From a virus (lineage: Duplodnaviria > Heunggongvirae > Uroviricota > Caudoviricetes): a DNA stretch of 30,215 nucleotides. The notes below the pieces were generated by a model that saw only the letters and a list, made by a program, of their open reading frames with translations, was not told where the DNA came from and did no database searches. The position numbers and the translations under genes were made by a program. This document shows, piece after piece, positions 7,712 through 16,387 of this stretch. How positions within the stretch are numbered: the first letter of the stretch is position 1; each line of letters starts with the position of its first letter. Location of the stretch: IMG/VR virus record IMGVR_UViG_3300007072_000340, positions 1 through 30,215 of that record; one strand, given 5' to 3'.

Positions 7712-8005
7712 TCACCCGCCCGAAGTCGCCAGCGCAACGTCTTCGGGAGTCAACGACTCGTAGAACTGGTATCCGGCCGGCGGCCGGTACTCGGGCGGCG
7801 GGAACTCGTGGTCGAGTCCTTTGGACAGCTCCGCGATGATCTCGGCCAGGGCCGCCTTGTAGTTGGCCACGCGCTTCAAGCGCACGCGCAGTTCGGCACT
7901 CGGCCGCTGCCCCTCTTCGACGAGGGCGCGAATTCCCGGCCAGAACTTCGGGTGAATCGCATGGCGCTTCAGGATGGCGTTCAGGTTTGGCAGTTGGGCG
8001 ATCAT
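7712..8005 (-). CDS. Hypothetical protein
   Basis: GGAGG RBS; first ATG gene after motif copy 2. Confidence 0.7.
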   Translation of the reverse strand: MIAQLPNLNAILKRHAIHPKFWPGIRALVEEGQRPSAELRVRLKRVANYKAALAEIIAELSKGLDHEFPPPEYRPPAGYQFYESLTPEDVALATSGG

Positions 8006-8268
8006 GGTGTTGTCCCTCCGATTGGTTGATGTTGCTCTCTGTAAGGGACAACGCGAGACGCGGCTGAATCCCGAGTAGGATTTTGGTCGCGGACGAGTTT
8101 TCTAGCGGCGCGATACATCAAGCCCCACGCCGGACGGCGGCACGGGCGCAACTCGATCCGGCGGTTGCCTCGCGCGGGACCGCTGGTGCCGATGTTGACG
8201 ATCTTGCCGGCGGCAACGGTCTTGATCTCCCCCGTGACCCAGAGCGGTTCAATCTTGACGACCAGCGT
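8002..8268 (-). pseudogene. 88-codon open frame beginning with ACG (mutated or non-canonical start); absent from the ORF track
   Basis: ACG-CTG-GTC-GTC-AAG lies 2 nt after the upstream TAG; frame is open to a TGA overlapping the ATG at 8005. Confidence 0.5.
8040..8076 (-). promoter_or_regulatory. Conserved bipartite promoter-like motif, copy 2
   Basis: + strand TGTAAGGGACAACG-N15-TCCCGAGT. Confidence 0.8.
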
Positions 8269-8270
8269 GG

Positions 8271-8624
8271 CTACAGGTCGAAGAAGTCCACTTTGTTGAG
8301 CACGTTCGGCCTGGGCGTGGGGCGCTTCTGGGAGGGATCAAGAAACTCCAAGACGGCCAATCGGGCTGCGACCTCTTGCTCGACTTCACGCCTGGCAAGG
8401 ATTGCCGCGTACTCGGTGTCGGCAGAGCCCGTGTTGGGATCGTCCACGGGGCAGCGCACTCGGCCCGGCTTGCAGCGCGACGGAGTGTCGTCGCTTCGCT
8501 GCTCGATGCACAGAATCCGCTCCCGCCCGCCGCCCGGAGGCCGGCGTCCTTTGAGGGCATGGTTGTAGTCGTTTTCATTTCCCATCAGTAGCACTCCGGG
8601 GAAGGGTTCATCCTTGGTGTTCAA
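8271..8624 (-). CDS. Hypothetical protein (TTG start uncertain)
   Basis: 117 aa ORF with plausible composition. Confidence 0.5.
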   Translation of the reverse strand: MNTKDEPFPGVLLMGNENDYNHALKGRRPPGGGRERILCIEQRSDDTPSRCKPGRVRCPVDDPNTGSADTEYAAILARREVEQEVAARLAVLEFLDPSQKRPTPRPNVLNKVDFFDL

Positions 8625-8935
8625 GTCGTGTAGGCCGGGGATGCGATAGCGCCCAGCACTGTGCCGCTGTCATCGAGAGTCAAGTAGCCGTTCGTGCCAT
8701 GTGTAATGAGCCAGATCATCTTCGTCGTTCCCCTTTTCTCAAAACGGTTTCCGAATCGTTCCTCTCCGGCCGGCGGACTCAGGCTTAGGTCTCGCCACGA
8801 CTCCCATTCCATGAAATCCACGTGATCCCAGATGCAGGGCTTCTTCTCCGGGCGTGGTATCGACCCGCAGTTAGCGGCCTTCCGAGCAGCCTCTCGTCGA
8901 GCCGTGACTTCCAATGAGCGATCGGCGCTTTTCAT
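8621..8935 (-). CDS. Hypothetical protein
   Basis: ATG at 8935 after a GGAGG RBS; alternative internal start at 8719. Confidence 0.4.
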   Translation of the reverse strand: MKSADRSLEVTARREAARKAANCGSIPRPEKKPCIWDHVDFMEWESWRDLSLSPPAGEERFGNRFEKRGTTKMIWLITHGTNGYLTLDDSGTVLGAIASPAYTT

Positions 8936-9687
8936 CACTCCACCTCCCACAAGGCGCGGTGGATGTATTCCGAACGCTTCATGCCGTGTTCTTTGACGAT
9001 CTCCGCGCAGTAGTCGCGGTCGATTTCGATTAGGGTGCAGGGGTAGCCCAACCGGCGGCAAACGCGGAGCGTGGTGCCAGTGCCGCCAAACGGGTCAAGA
9101 ACCGACTCGCCCTCGGGCGTGGTGAGCCTGATGCACCGCTCGACTAAGCCCTCGTTCAACTGCGTTGGGTGCCAGGGGCGACGCTGCTTGCTGTTGCCCA
9201 CGACGCGGGTGAAGTCGAACACGTCGCCGGGCACGCGCCCGCGCGGGTCCGCCCGCTTGTCGCCGTTCTCTTGCCGCCAACTGGGAACGCGGATGGCGTC
9301 GGGCAGGAGCGGAGCGTCGGACCAACGCATTCGCAAGAGCGGCCGGTGGTTGTTGCCCAGATCGTGGTGATTGTGCTGGCCGAACGTGTAGGTCTGGACG
9401 CAGGGCTTGGCCTCCAAGCCGCTGATGCGATTGACCATCTCATGCACGATGCCGCCCAGGGCGAAGGACCACTTCGCGTTGTAGCTGAACCAGACCGTCT
9501 TCGCCTTGTGGACAAACAAGTGCAGCCAGGTTCTCAGCATGTCGATGTACTTGTCATCAGGCAGCCTATCCTTGTAGGTCTGGTAACCCAGGCCGATGTT
9601 GTCTGGCGGGTCGGCGAACAGCGTGGTCCACTGCTGGTGGCCGGCGTTGAGGTAGTCGAGGCAGTCGGCGTTAATCAGGGTGTGCAT
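8935..9687 (-). CDS. Beta-class N4/N6 DNA methyltransferase with DPPD in place of DPPY
   Basis: FADPPDNIG, HPTQLNEGLVERCIRLTTPEGESVLDPFGGTGTT, IEIDRDY. Confidence 0.85.
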   Translation of the reverse strand: MHTLINADCLDYLNAGHQQWTTLFADPPDNIGLGYQTYKDRLPDDKYIDMLRTWLHLFVHKAKTVWFSYNAKWSFALGGIVHEMVNRISGLEAKPCVQTYTFGQHNHHDLGNNHRPLLRMRWSDAPLLPDAIRVPSWRQENGDKRADPRGRVPGDVFDFTRVVGNSKQRRPWHPTQLNEGLVERCIRLTTPEGESVLDPFGGTGTTLRVCRRLGYPCTLIEIDRDYCAEIVKEHGMKRSEYIHRALWEVE

Positions 9688-9876
9688 GGAACAATGGCCT
9701 CTACGATGTCCCAGCCTTCGTGCTCGTGGCGGTTGTGGCGGTCGAGCAACCAGCGGATGGCGCGGATGTCGCCTACTCGCGCCTCGGTCACACCTTCTTC
9801 GTTGCGGTCATAGCAATGCCAATCGTCCAGTTGCTTGAATAACCGCCGCTGGAGCGAGGATGCTGATGTTCTTCAT
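9675..9876 (-). pseudogene. Small gene with one extra base (frameshift near 9858)
   Basis: ATGA-coupled start MKNISI; removing one C gives an open frame SLQRRLFKQLDDWHCYD...CTP; span is 202 nt (3n+1). Confidence 0.5.
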
Positions 9877-10145
9877 TGCTGAGGCGGCTTGCTACCGCCG
9901 TGACCACCGCGGGCGACGACGAGATACGTTCCCAGCCAGCCGCCGACGATGTAGGCGGCCACGGCCGCAAAACACTTCTCCACGATCAGGACCGTGGAGA
10001 CGATGGTGCAGAGGTAGAGCAACGCGCTGAAGTTGGCCGCTGTCAGGGGCTTCCTACGGGTCACGGCATCGACGCAAAGCGTCCACACGATGTCCATGAG
10101 GAAGCCGCAGAGGAACGCAAACGTGACGACGACGACCCACGGCAT
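9873..10145 (-). CDS. Small three-TM membrane protein
   Basis: Hydrophobic; ends GGWLGTYLVV. Confidence 0.7.
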   Translation of the reverse strand: MPWVVVVTFAFLCGFLMDIVWTLCVDAVTRRKPLTAANFSALLYLCTIVSTVLIVEKCFAAVAAYIVGGWLGTYLVVARGGHGGSKPPQQ

Positions 10146-10148
10146 ACG

Positions 10149-10253
10149 TTACTCCGTCAGTTCACCAGACATGCTGTGGCACTTCGGGCACTCAAGGTTG
10201 CACACGCGGCAGCAGGCGAAACCCGTAATCCAGCCCTCTTGTTCGTTTTCCAT
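10149..10253 (-). CDS. 34-aa double-CxxC peptide
   Basis: MENEQEGWITGFACCRVCNLECPKCHSMSGELTE; fills the gap between neighbours. Confidence 0.5.
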   Translation of the reverse strand: MENEQEGWITGFACCRVCNLECPKCHSMSGELTE

Positions 10254-10546
10254 CAAGTCACCTTCTGGCCCCTGGCATACGCCTCAATCGCGTTCAAGGT
10301 CCAGTAGCCAAGTTGAGCGAGGAAGCTGCCGGCGAATCCGCAAACCAACCACACCAGCGGGTTCCAACTCACAACTGGTCCAAGCAGCAGGCCGCACCAG
10401 AAGCCCGCACATTGCTGACAGTCCATGATCCGTGCGACAACCGGGAATCGCGGCTTGATCCAGGCATGGACCGGCTCACTTATTTCGGCGTCCACGACGA
10501 TGTGTGTCAGGCCAACAACGGCCAGGATGAACAGGGTCAGGTTCAT
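10253..10546 (-). CDS. DUF1360-like membrane protein
   Basis: MNLTLFILAVVG... with CQQCAGFW; start at 10546, not the long ORF-track start. Confidence 0.65.
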   Translation of the reverse strand: MNLTLFILAVVGLTHIVVDAEISEPVHAWIKPRFPVVARIMDCQQCAGFWCGLLLGPVVSWNPLVWLVCGFAGSFLAQLGYWTLNAIEAYARGQKVT

Positions 10547-10836
10547 TCTTCTACCTCCACGTCCGTTGCCGCTTCCGCCGGTACGATCTCGATTACCTTG
10601 TCCGGGTCGATGGGGACCATCGCCGTCTTTTGTCTTTGCAGCGAGAAGGTCAGCGTCGGGATAAGATCGCCGGGTTGTAGCTGATCGGTCTGGGCGTCGT
10701 AGGCGATGTCGATGGCTCCTTCGTTCTGTTCGGTGCGGTCGAGGACGTAGGCCAGCTTCGTGAACACGTCTGCCATGTGCTGGCCGTTGACGGGAGCACT
10801 CTTGATGCGTTCGAGGATGAACAGAGGGATGGGCAT
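10543..10836 (-). CDS. Acidic hypothetical protein
   Basis: Start MPIPLFIL at 10836, ATGA-coupled. Confidence 0.6.
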   Translation of the reverse strand: MPIPLFILERIKSAPVNGQHMADVFTKLAYVLDRTEQNEGAIDIAYDAQTDQLQPGDLIPTLTFSLQRQKTAMVPIDPDKVIEIVPAEAATDVEVEE

Positions 10837-10853
10837 GGCTTGACGGGCATGGC

Positions 10854-11849
10854 TCAGTGGAAATACTTGGGACGGGTGACATCGGCAAACCAGTCGTCCA
10901 GGGCCGTGCCGTTGGACACAAGCCCCACGGCCATCTGCTCCAGGACTTGGCAGCGGGCATCGCTGTCTTCGCGGCTGAGACTGGAGAAGACGTGGCCGCT
11001 GGTGATGGCCTGCCAGCAGGTCGTGACCCGCTCGGCGAGCTTCTGTTGGTAGTCGGCCTTGACCCGGCCGCGATGGCGGGCATAGCGGAGCGTGGGCGGA
11101 CTCCCTGGCTTGGCGCACAACTCCTCGATCCCCAGCACCGTGTTCTCGTCGCCGATCTTCTCGCCCAAGAGCCAGCCGTAGAGGCAAAGCTGATCGGCAT
11201 ATTCGCTGTTGCAGAACTCCATGAAGCCGCTGTTGATTGTCAGGCCACGGAAATCCATCGCCTTGTACATCGCGTGCTCCTTGCCCTGGCTCCGGCTGGG
11301 CTTCTCCGACCTGAAGCCATCCAGGCAGGTGGCGTAGCCCTTTGACGGGCTGGCCCCGTACTTGGAGCAATAGCCCCGGACCTTCCAGTCGTAGATGCAA
11401 GGGATGCGACCCTGCCCAAGGTCCAAGACGAAGCGGCAATCGGGCTTGCCGGTGAAGGGGACACCTTCGATCAGGCCGTCCACCTTGAACTCGAAGCGCG
11501 GCGGCTCGACTGACTGCTGCAATTGCTTGAGCAGGTCGTCGTAGGCCCCGCACAGCTTGTATGCCTTGAAGACGTGCTTGCCGGCCTTCAGCGCGAAGTC
11601 CCGGTTGTGCGGCTCGACCTGGCTCTCGAAAATGGCCGTGAACTCGAATTGCGGCGACATCGCCCGGCCGTAGAGATGCCAGTTGAGCTGAGCCTTGACG
11701 TAGGCGTCAAAGGCGCTCCCCACAGCCGCAGGTTGCTCCTGCGGCAGTCGAGGCGCGGCATGGTCGGCCAGGTAGCGGATATAGAACTCGTCCTGGTCCT
11801 TGTACCACAGCGACATCGACGAGTAGCTGAGCGACTTGGGGATGCGCAT
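10854..11849 (-). CDS. PD-(D/E)XK (RecB-like) nuclease
   Basis: LSYSS N-terminal motif, GSAFD, TGKPD, IYDWK, QLCLY. Confidence 0.75.
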   Translation of the reverse strand: MRIPKSLSYSSMSLWYKDQDEFYIRYLADHAAPRLPQEQPAAVGSAFDAYVKAQLNWHLYGRAMSPQFEFTAIFESQVEPHNRDFALKAGKHVFKAYKLCGAYDDLLKQLQQSVEPPRFEFKVDGLIEGVPFTGKPDCRFVLDLGQGRIPCIYDWKVRGYCSKYGASPSKGYATCLDGFRSEKPSRSQGKEHAMYKAMDFRGLTINSGFMEFCNSEYADQLCLYGWLLGEKIGDENTVLGIEELCAKPGSPPTLRYARHRGRVKADYQQKLAERVTTCWQAITSGHVFSSLSREDSDARCQVLEQMAVGLVSNGTALDDWFADVTRPKYFH

Positions 11850-11850
11850 G

Positions 11851-12042
11851 TCAGACTCCGGGAGTATTGACGGGATGGCCGAGAATGTTGGCCACCACGA
11901 CGTGTTCGCGCACGTGTGGCGGCAGGGCGGCGAAGGCTTTGATCTTCTCCAAGCAGCATCGCTTGGCCTTCTTGCCGCTGCCGCAAGGGCACTTGTCGTT
12001 GCGCCCAGGCAGCTTCTCTCGGCGGTAGGGTTGCAGTTTCAT
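11851..12042 (-). CDS. SEC-C motif protein
   Basis: GRNDKCPCGSGKKAKRCC. Confidence 0.85.
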   Translation of the reverse strand: MKLQPYRREKLPGRNDKCPCGSGKKAKRCCLEKIKAFAALPPHVREHVVVANILGHPVNTPGV

Positions 12043-12254
12043 GGGCGCTTGCCCCACGGGATTTGGTGCCACGCTCGCTCGTGCCAGTAGAAGAGGATCA
12101 ACTTCACGAGAAAGCAGATCAGCGTGAATGCGACACATCCGCCGATGTTGCCGAACATCGCGTAGGCCAGGGCAAAGCACAAAAGGTTCGAGAAGCTTTC
12201 CCAACTCACAGCCTTGGCAATGGATCGTTTGGGTGTGCTGGGGTCCGGTTTCAT
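12039..12254 (-). CDS. DUF2061-like membrane protein
   Basis: SIAKAVSW...KLILFYWHERAWHQIPWG. Confidence 0.75.
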   Translation of the reverse strand: MKPDPSTPKRSIAKAVSWESFSNLLCFALAYAMFGNIGGCVAFTLICFLVKLILFYWHERAWHQIPWGKRP

Positions 12255-12264
12255 GGCTAGTCCC

Positions 12265-13308
12265 CTAGTTGCGAGCGCAGTCCCCGTGCAACTCTTTGCG
12301 GGCCTTTTCAATGGCCTTTGTCGCGGCACTGAGGGTCTTGAAGTGCTTCTGCCACACCGGCTTGTTGCCCTTCCAGACAGCCGCCTTGTAGGTCTTGTTG
12401 GCCTCGTCGTAGCACACACCTTTGACTCCGGTGCGGTTGTCACCGCCTCGCCGCCGGTTCCATTGGTTCTGGCCTTCCGTCACGATGCGCAGGTTCTCGC
12501 GGCGATTGTCGAGCGGGTCACTGTTGATATGGTCGATGGTGTAACCAGGCGGCACGGCCATCCCCATACGCTTGACGACCTCCTGGTGCATCCCAACGTG
12601 CTGACGCCCACCCTTGCCGTTCACGCCGCGCTCTGCGTAGTACGTGATGGTCTGCCGGCCCTTCTTGGCGGCGTGCCAACGCCACTGCATCAGGTGGCGG
12701 TAGTCTTCCGGGCTGATGGTCGCACATTTTCCTTGTGTCAACGGGATCGTATTCATCCCATAGAGCAGTCCGTAGTCCAGAAAGCGCCAGCGGTTGAAGG
12801 TGTCGATCGGCGGCGGATCGTGGGCGACGTGCCGGACGTAAGCGAAAAGATCGTCCCACTCGCCAAAGACGTGTTGATGCGGCAACGCACCTAAATACCA
12901 GTCCGGCAGGTTCTCCTTGCCTTGCTCGACATGAACGAGGATCGGCACCTTCCGCCGGTTCAGGGTGGTGACTTCCTCATGCGTCCCCGTGGAGTAGATG
13001 TTGAGATCGAGATGCGTGATGGCAAAGTCGCAGAGGTCGGCCAGTCTAAGGTCGATACAACGAATCAGTCGCATCTCGCGGGAAATCGTCTCGAAGTCGC
13101 CGATGCGTTTCAAGGCTAAGCGGCGTCTGTGGTTCTCCAAGTCTTCACAGGCGAACCCCAGTTGCAACGGCTTCTTGCATGGGTCCAGGAAGATCAAGTC
13201 CAAATCGGCCAGGCGCTCGCGGACCATTTGCCGCCAGCCGACGCCAAAGTCCTTGGCGTTGTCGATGGGACCAGACAGGTAGACGCGGTTGTAGAAGAGG
13301 CGATTCAT
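12265..13308 (-). CDS. Nucleoside 2-deoxyribosyltransferase/dNMP N-glycosidase-like domain fused to an HNH endonuclease
   Basis: RVYLSGPID, FLDP, DLRLADLCD and GTHEE in the N-terminal part; MNTIPLTQGK...IDHINSDPLDNRRENLR...GVKGV in the C-terminal part. Confidence 0.8.
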   Translation of the reverse strand: MNRLFYNRVYLSGPIDNAKDFGVGWRQMVRERLADLDLIFLDPCKKPLQLGFACEDLENHRRRLALKRIGDFETISREMRLIRCIDLRLADLCDFAITHLDLNIYSTGTHEEVTTLNRRKVPILVHVEQGKENLPDWYLGALPHQHVFGEWDDLFAYVRHVAHDPPPIDTFNRWRFLDYGLLYGMNTIPLTQGKCATISPEDYRHLMQWRWHAAKKGRQTITYYAERGVNGKGGRQHVGMHQEVVKRMGMAVPPGYTIDHINSDPLDNRRENLRIVTEGQNQWNRRRGGDNRTGVKGVCYDEANKTYKAAVWKGNKPVWQKHFKTLSAATKAIEKARKELHGDCARN

Positions 13309-13955
13309 GGCAACAACTCCTCGAAGACGGACGCGCCAAGCCGTGTGCAGCCCAGGTCCAGGTAGCGGGCGGCGTCGGCGTAGGTCTTGATGCCGCCGCT
13401 GGCCTTCACTCCCGCGCCGCTGCCGCGCACGGCATCGACCATGATCCTGACCGCTTCCTCCGTCGCCCCGCCGGAGCCGAACCCGGTGGAAGTCTTCACG
13501 AAGCCCACCCCGCAATCGACGCACAGCTTGCAGGCATCGCGAATCTGGTCTGGGTTGTAGTAGGACGTTTCCAGAATGGCCTTGATGACGACGGGCATGG
13601 GCCGGAAGAGGTTGACCAGCAGGGTCAACTCCTCCTTGACCGTCCGCGGCTTGCCGGCAAGAAAATGGCCATAGTTGACAACTACGTCCAGTTCGGTCGC
13701 CCCGTGGCTGACGGCCAGGCTGGCTTCCAGCACCTTGACGGCCGGCAAAGTGTTGCCGTGCGGGAAGCCGACGACGGTCGCGATCTCTTCGACGTACAGG
13801 CGCGCCAGGCCGACGTTGACCGGGGCCACACAGAGCGAGTGAATGTTCTGAGTCTTGACCTTGTGCGCCGCCCGCACGATGTCGGCGTGTGTGGCGGTCG
13901 GCTTCAGGACGGCCAGGTCCAGGGCCTCGGCAATCTGCTTCTTGGTGTAGCTCAC
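13305..13955 (-). CDS. deoC: Deoxyribose-phosphate aldolase
   Basis: VGFPHG, GATELDVV, KAILET, FVKTSTGF, GVKASGGI, RLGAS. Confidence 0.95.
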   Translation of the reverse strand: MSYTKKQIAEALDLAVLKPTATHADIVRAAHKVKTQNIHSLCVAPVNVGLARLYVEEIATVVGFPHGNTLPAVKVLEASLAVSHGATELDVVVNYGHFLAGKPRTVKEELTLLVNLFRPMPVVIKAILETSYYNPDQIRDACKLCVDCGVGFVKTSTGFGSGGATEEAVRIMVDAVRGSGAGVKASGGIKTYADAARYLDLGCTRLGASVFEELLP

Positions 13956-14551
13956 AAGGCGGCTTCCGGCAGGAAGTAGTGCGGGCGGATGCCCAGCACG
14001 TTGAAGATGAGGATTTCGGCGTGGAACTCGACGCCGGGGAACGTGTCGAGTGGCAGGGACACGATGCTGGTCAGGTCGGCCCGGCTGTCACGCAGCCAAC
14101 GCCAACGGGTGCTTTTCCGCCGCTGGTTCAGGCGAAAGCCCATCGGGGTGAACAGCACTACGGGCATCGTCTCGCCAAACAGCTTGAAGGCGTGCCGCAG
14201 GAACACCTCGGGGTAGAGTTGCCTGCCAGCCGCGCCGTTGAAGGGTGGATTGCAGAGCACCAGATCGGGCAACGGTCGGATGCTTTCTTGGTCCTCGAAA
14301 TGGCCGTGGATGAACCGCTGGCAGGCCGGCTTCCGGTCAACGATGTCGATGCCGATGATGCGACAGGCGTCGTCGTACCAAGGGTCCGTCAAGTGGCCGG
14401 TGCCAATGGCCGGGTCCAGGATCGTATCCCAACGGTTACAGCCGCCCAGTACGTCAAACAGGAACCGGGCCACGCCGGGCGGCGTATAAACGTCGCTCCG
14501 CTTCGGGCGGGTATGGTAGTCGTTTCGTTTGACGGTCAACGGGCTAGGCAT
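13952..14551 (-). CDS. N6-adenine DNA methyltransferase (NPPF)
   Basis: YTPPGVA, ILDPAIGTG, CNPPFN. Confidence 0.85.
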   Translation of the reverse strand: MPSPLTVKRNDYHTRPKRSDVYTPPGVARFLFDVLGGCNRWDTILDPAIGTGHLTDPWYDDACRIIGIDIVDRKPACQRFIHGHFEDQESIRPLPDLVLCNPPFNGAAGRQLYPEVFLRHAFKLFGETMPVVLFTPMGFRLNQRRKSTRWRWLRDSRADLTSIVSLPLDTFPGVEFHAEILIFNVLGIRPHYFLPEAAL

Positions 14552-14560
14552 ATCGGTCGA

Positions 14561-15130
14561 TCACACGAGGGCTATCGAACCTTCCACTTCGTCACCGAAG
14601 GCGTCCCAGCCGGGCCGGCGCGTGCGGGCGAACATTTCCAGGTAGGGGCCAGGCGAAACGCTTTCGACCAGCCGATAGAACTCGTCCGGTTTGGCACTGT
14701 GCCGACCTCGCGGCCAGGCGAACCATGTCCCGCCGGTCGGGCCGAACGGGTTGCCGTGGCGTGCCCCTTTACGGCAGAGAAGGACGTGCTCGGTGTTGCA
14801 CTGGAAGCGGCCAACGCCGCGACCGGGCTTGCACCACGTCAACATCGTCCAGGGCTGGAAGCCCCAGGCCCGTGCCACGGCGTAGCCCCAGTCGATGTGC
14901 TGGTTGAGCACCCAGAGCCACAAGTGGGCCTGCTTCGCCCCCGGCACCTTCAGGCCGCAGATCGCATCGACGCTCATGGTTCGGTAGTGCTTCTGGGGCC
15001 GCCCCTTATCGGTAAAGCGAGTCTTCCAGGTGGCCCCCAGGACGGGCGTCCACGGCGGATCGGCGACAATGGTGCGGTAAACCACCGTCTCTTCCGCGCC
15101 TGTGCTTTCGTGTCGAGGAGACCGGCTCAT
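14561..15130 (-). CDS. MT-A70 family adenine methyltransferase
   Basis: IVADPPW, HYRTM, EHVLL, HSAKP, LEMFAR..RPGW. Confidence 0.9.
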   Translation of the reverse strand: MSRSPRHESTGAEETVVYRTIVADPPWTPVLGATWKTRFTDKGRPQKHYRTMSVDAICGLKVPGAKQAHLWLWVLNQHIDWGYAVARAWGFQPWTMLTWCKPGRGVGRFQCNTEHVLLCRKGARHGNPFGPTGGTWFAWPRGRHSAKPDEFYRLVESVSPGPYLEMFARTRRPGWDAFGDEVEGSIALV

Positions 15131-15777
15131 GGGTTTGTTTTGACGAACACCAGGAAGTACGAGTGATTCTTTCTGGCATGGACCTGCTTCTTCAGCCGAC
15201 TCACTCCGGGTCGATTCGTCCGCACGAGCACAAACAAATCCTTGGCGTGGAACCCAATCGCGGCGTACTCGTTGACGATCTCAACGTGGGTCAAATGCTG
15301 CTGGTTGGCGCTCACTTCGTCTTGGCACTTGACAATGAGGATGCCCCGATTGCGCAGCACTCGACGGGCCTCGATAGCGGCCTCGACGTACAGCGACAGG
15401 ACGGCCGCGTGATACCGCGGGCCGCTTGTAGTCGTGGCTGAAGAGGCGTAATGCTCGCGAAAGGACGCATGAGACCCGGACCCCGCAAGCTGCTCCGCGG
15501 TTTGGCGGAAGAACCCCTCCATGTACGGCGGGTCAAGCACAACAGCGTCGATGGAGGCATCCTCATAGGGCAGTCTCCGGCAATCCACGCCGGTCTTCAG
15601 GTCGGTGGCCAGCAACGTATAGAGGGTCGGATCGACTTGCTTCCAGAAGGCCCCTTTGCCGTAGGTCACGTCCGCGACCTTGGAACCGCGCGGCACGTGC
15701 AGACGCAGGATGTCGGCGAAGACATGCGCGTTCTGGCCGACGTGCGCGCTGAGAACTAGGTCAAGCGGGACAGCCAT
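15127..15777 (-). CDS. SAM-dependent DNA methyltransferase-like protein (DPPY)
   Basis: [33 protein letters not shown]. Confidence 0.75.
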   Translation of the reverse strand: MAVPLDLVLSAHVGQNAHVFADILRLHVPRGSKVADVTYGKGAFWKQVDPTLYTLLATDLKTGVDCRRLPYEDASIDAVVLDPPYMEGFFRQTAEQLAGSGSHASFREHYASSATTTSGPRYHAAVLSLYVEAAIEARRVLRNRGILIVKCQDEVSANQQHLTHVEIVNEYAAIGFHAKDLFVLVRTNRPGVSRLKKQVHARKNHSYFLVFVKTNP

Positions 15778-15793
15778 ACAGGATTTCGAGAGA

Positions 15794-16387
15794 TCATCGG
15801 TGCAGTGACCTCCGGCGCAGGATCGTCGCTTCCTCATGGAGCCGGCGGGTAAGCACCTCGGGGCGGGTCATTTCAATCACTTGCTGTCGCACGTCACTTC
15901 GATGAAGGCGTCGGATAGCACAGGACAACTCGTAAAGCTTCTCTTCGCGGGCGTTGATATGGCCGTGGCCGAAGAAGGGCCAGTAATCGTGCAGGGCTTC
16001 ATGGACCACAATCAGCGCTCCGTCCTCTGGCGGCCACGACAGCACTTCGGGATCAATCGTGATGCCGGGGCAGTACGGGACGTTGACGCCGACCGTCTTG
16101 CCGTTGGGGTAGACGCCGACGCACGGTGCCACCATGACATCCCATGCGCCGGCACGGCTGTAGCGACGGATCGTGTAGTCCAGGATGTCGCACAGGTCCG
16201 GGGCGTCGCACGACTCCCGCATCGCCCTCAGATGGTCGATGGCCCGGTCGAGCCACGCTTGCTCGTAGGCATGGTCGCCGCACAGGCCGTAGTACAAGCC
16301 GCCGATGTAGGCCGGCGCGCACGCGCCCAACGCCAGGCCAAGCGCGACGGTGCGCAGATACCGGAGGAGCCTATATCTCGGCTTCAT
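15794..16387 (-). CDS. Membrane-anchored HExxH protein
   Basis: N-terminal TM segment; VVHEALHD. Confidence 0.55.
   Translation of the reverse strand: MKPRYRLLRYLRTVALGLALGACAPAYIGGLYYGLCGDHAYEQAWLDRAIDHLRAMRESCDAPDLCDILDYTIRRYSRAGAWDVMVAPCVGVYPNGKTVGVNVPYCPGITIDPEVLSWPPEDGALIVVHEALHDYWPFFGHGHINAREEKLYELSCAIRRLHRSDVRQQVIEMTRPEVLTRRLHEEATILRRRSLHR

Noticed and set aside
10854-11849. Cas4 or a cognate restriction endonuclease
   Set aside because: No Cas4 four-Cys Fe-S arrangement and no adjacent MTase; treated as a generic RecB-like nuclease
10253-13524. Long N-terminal extensions in the ORF track (10253..11200, 10543..11553, 12265..13524)
   Set aside because: They overlap well-supported genes; internal ATGA-coupled starts explain the coding parts
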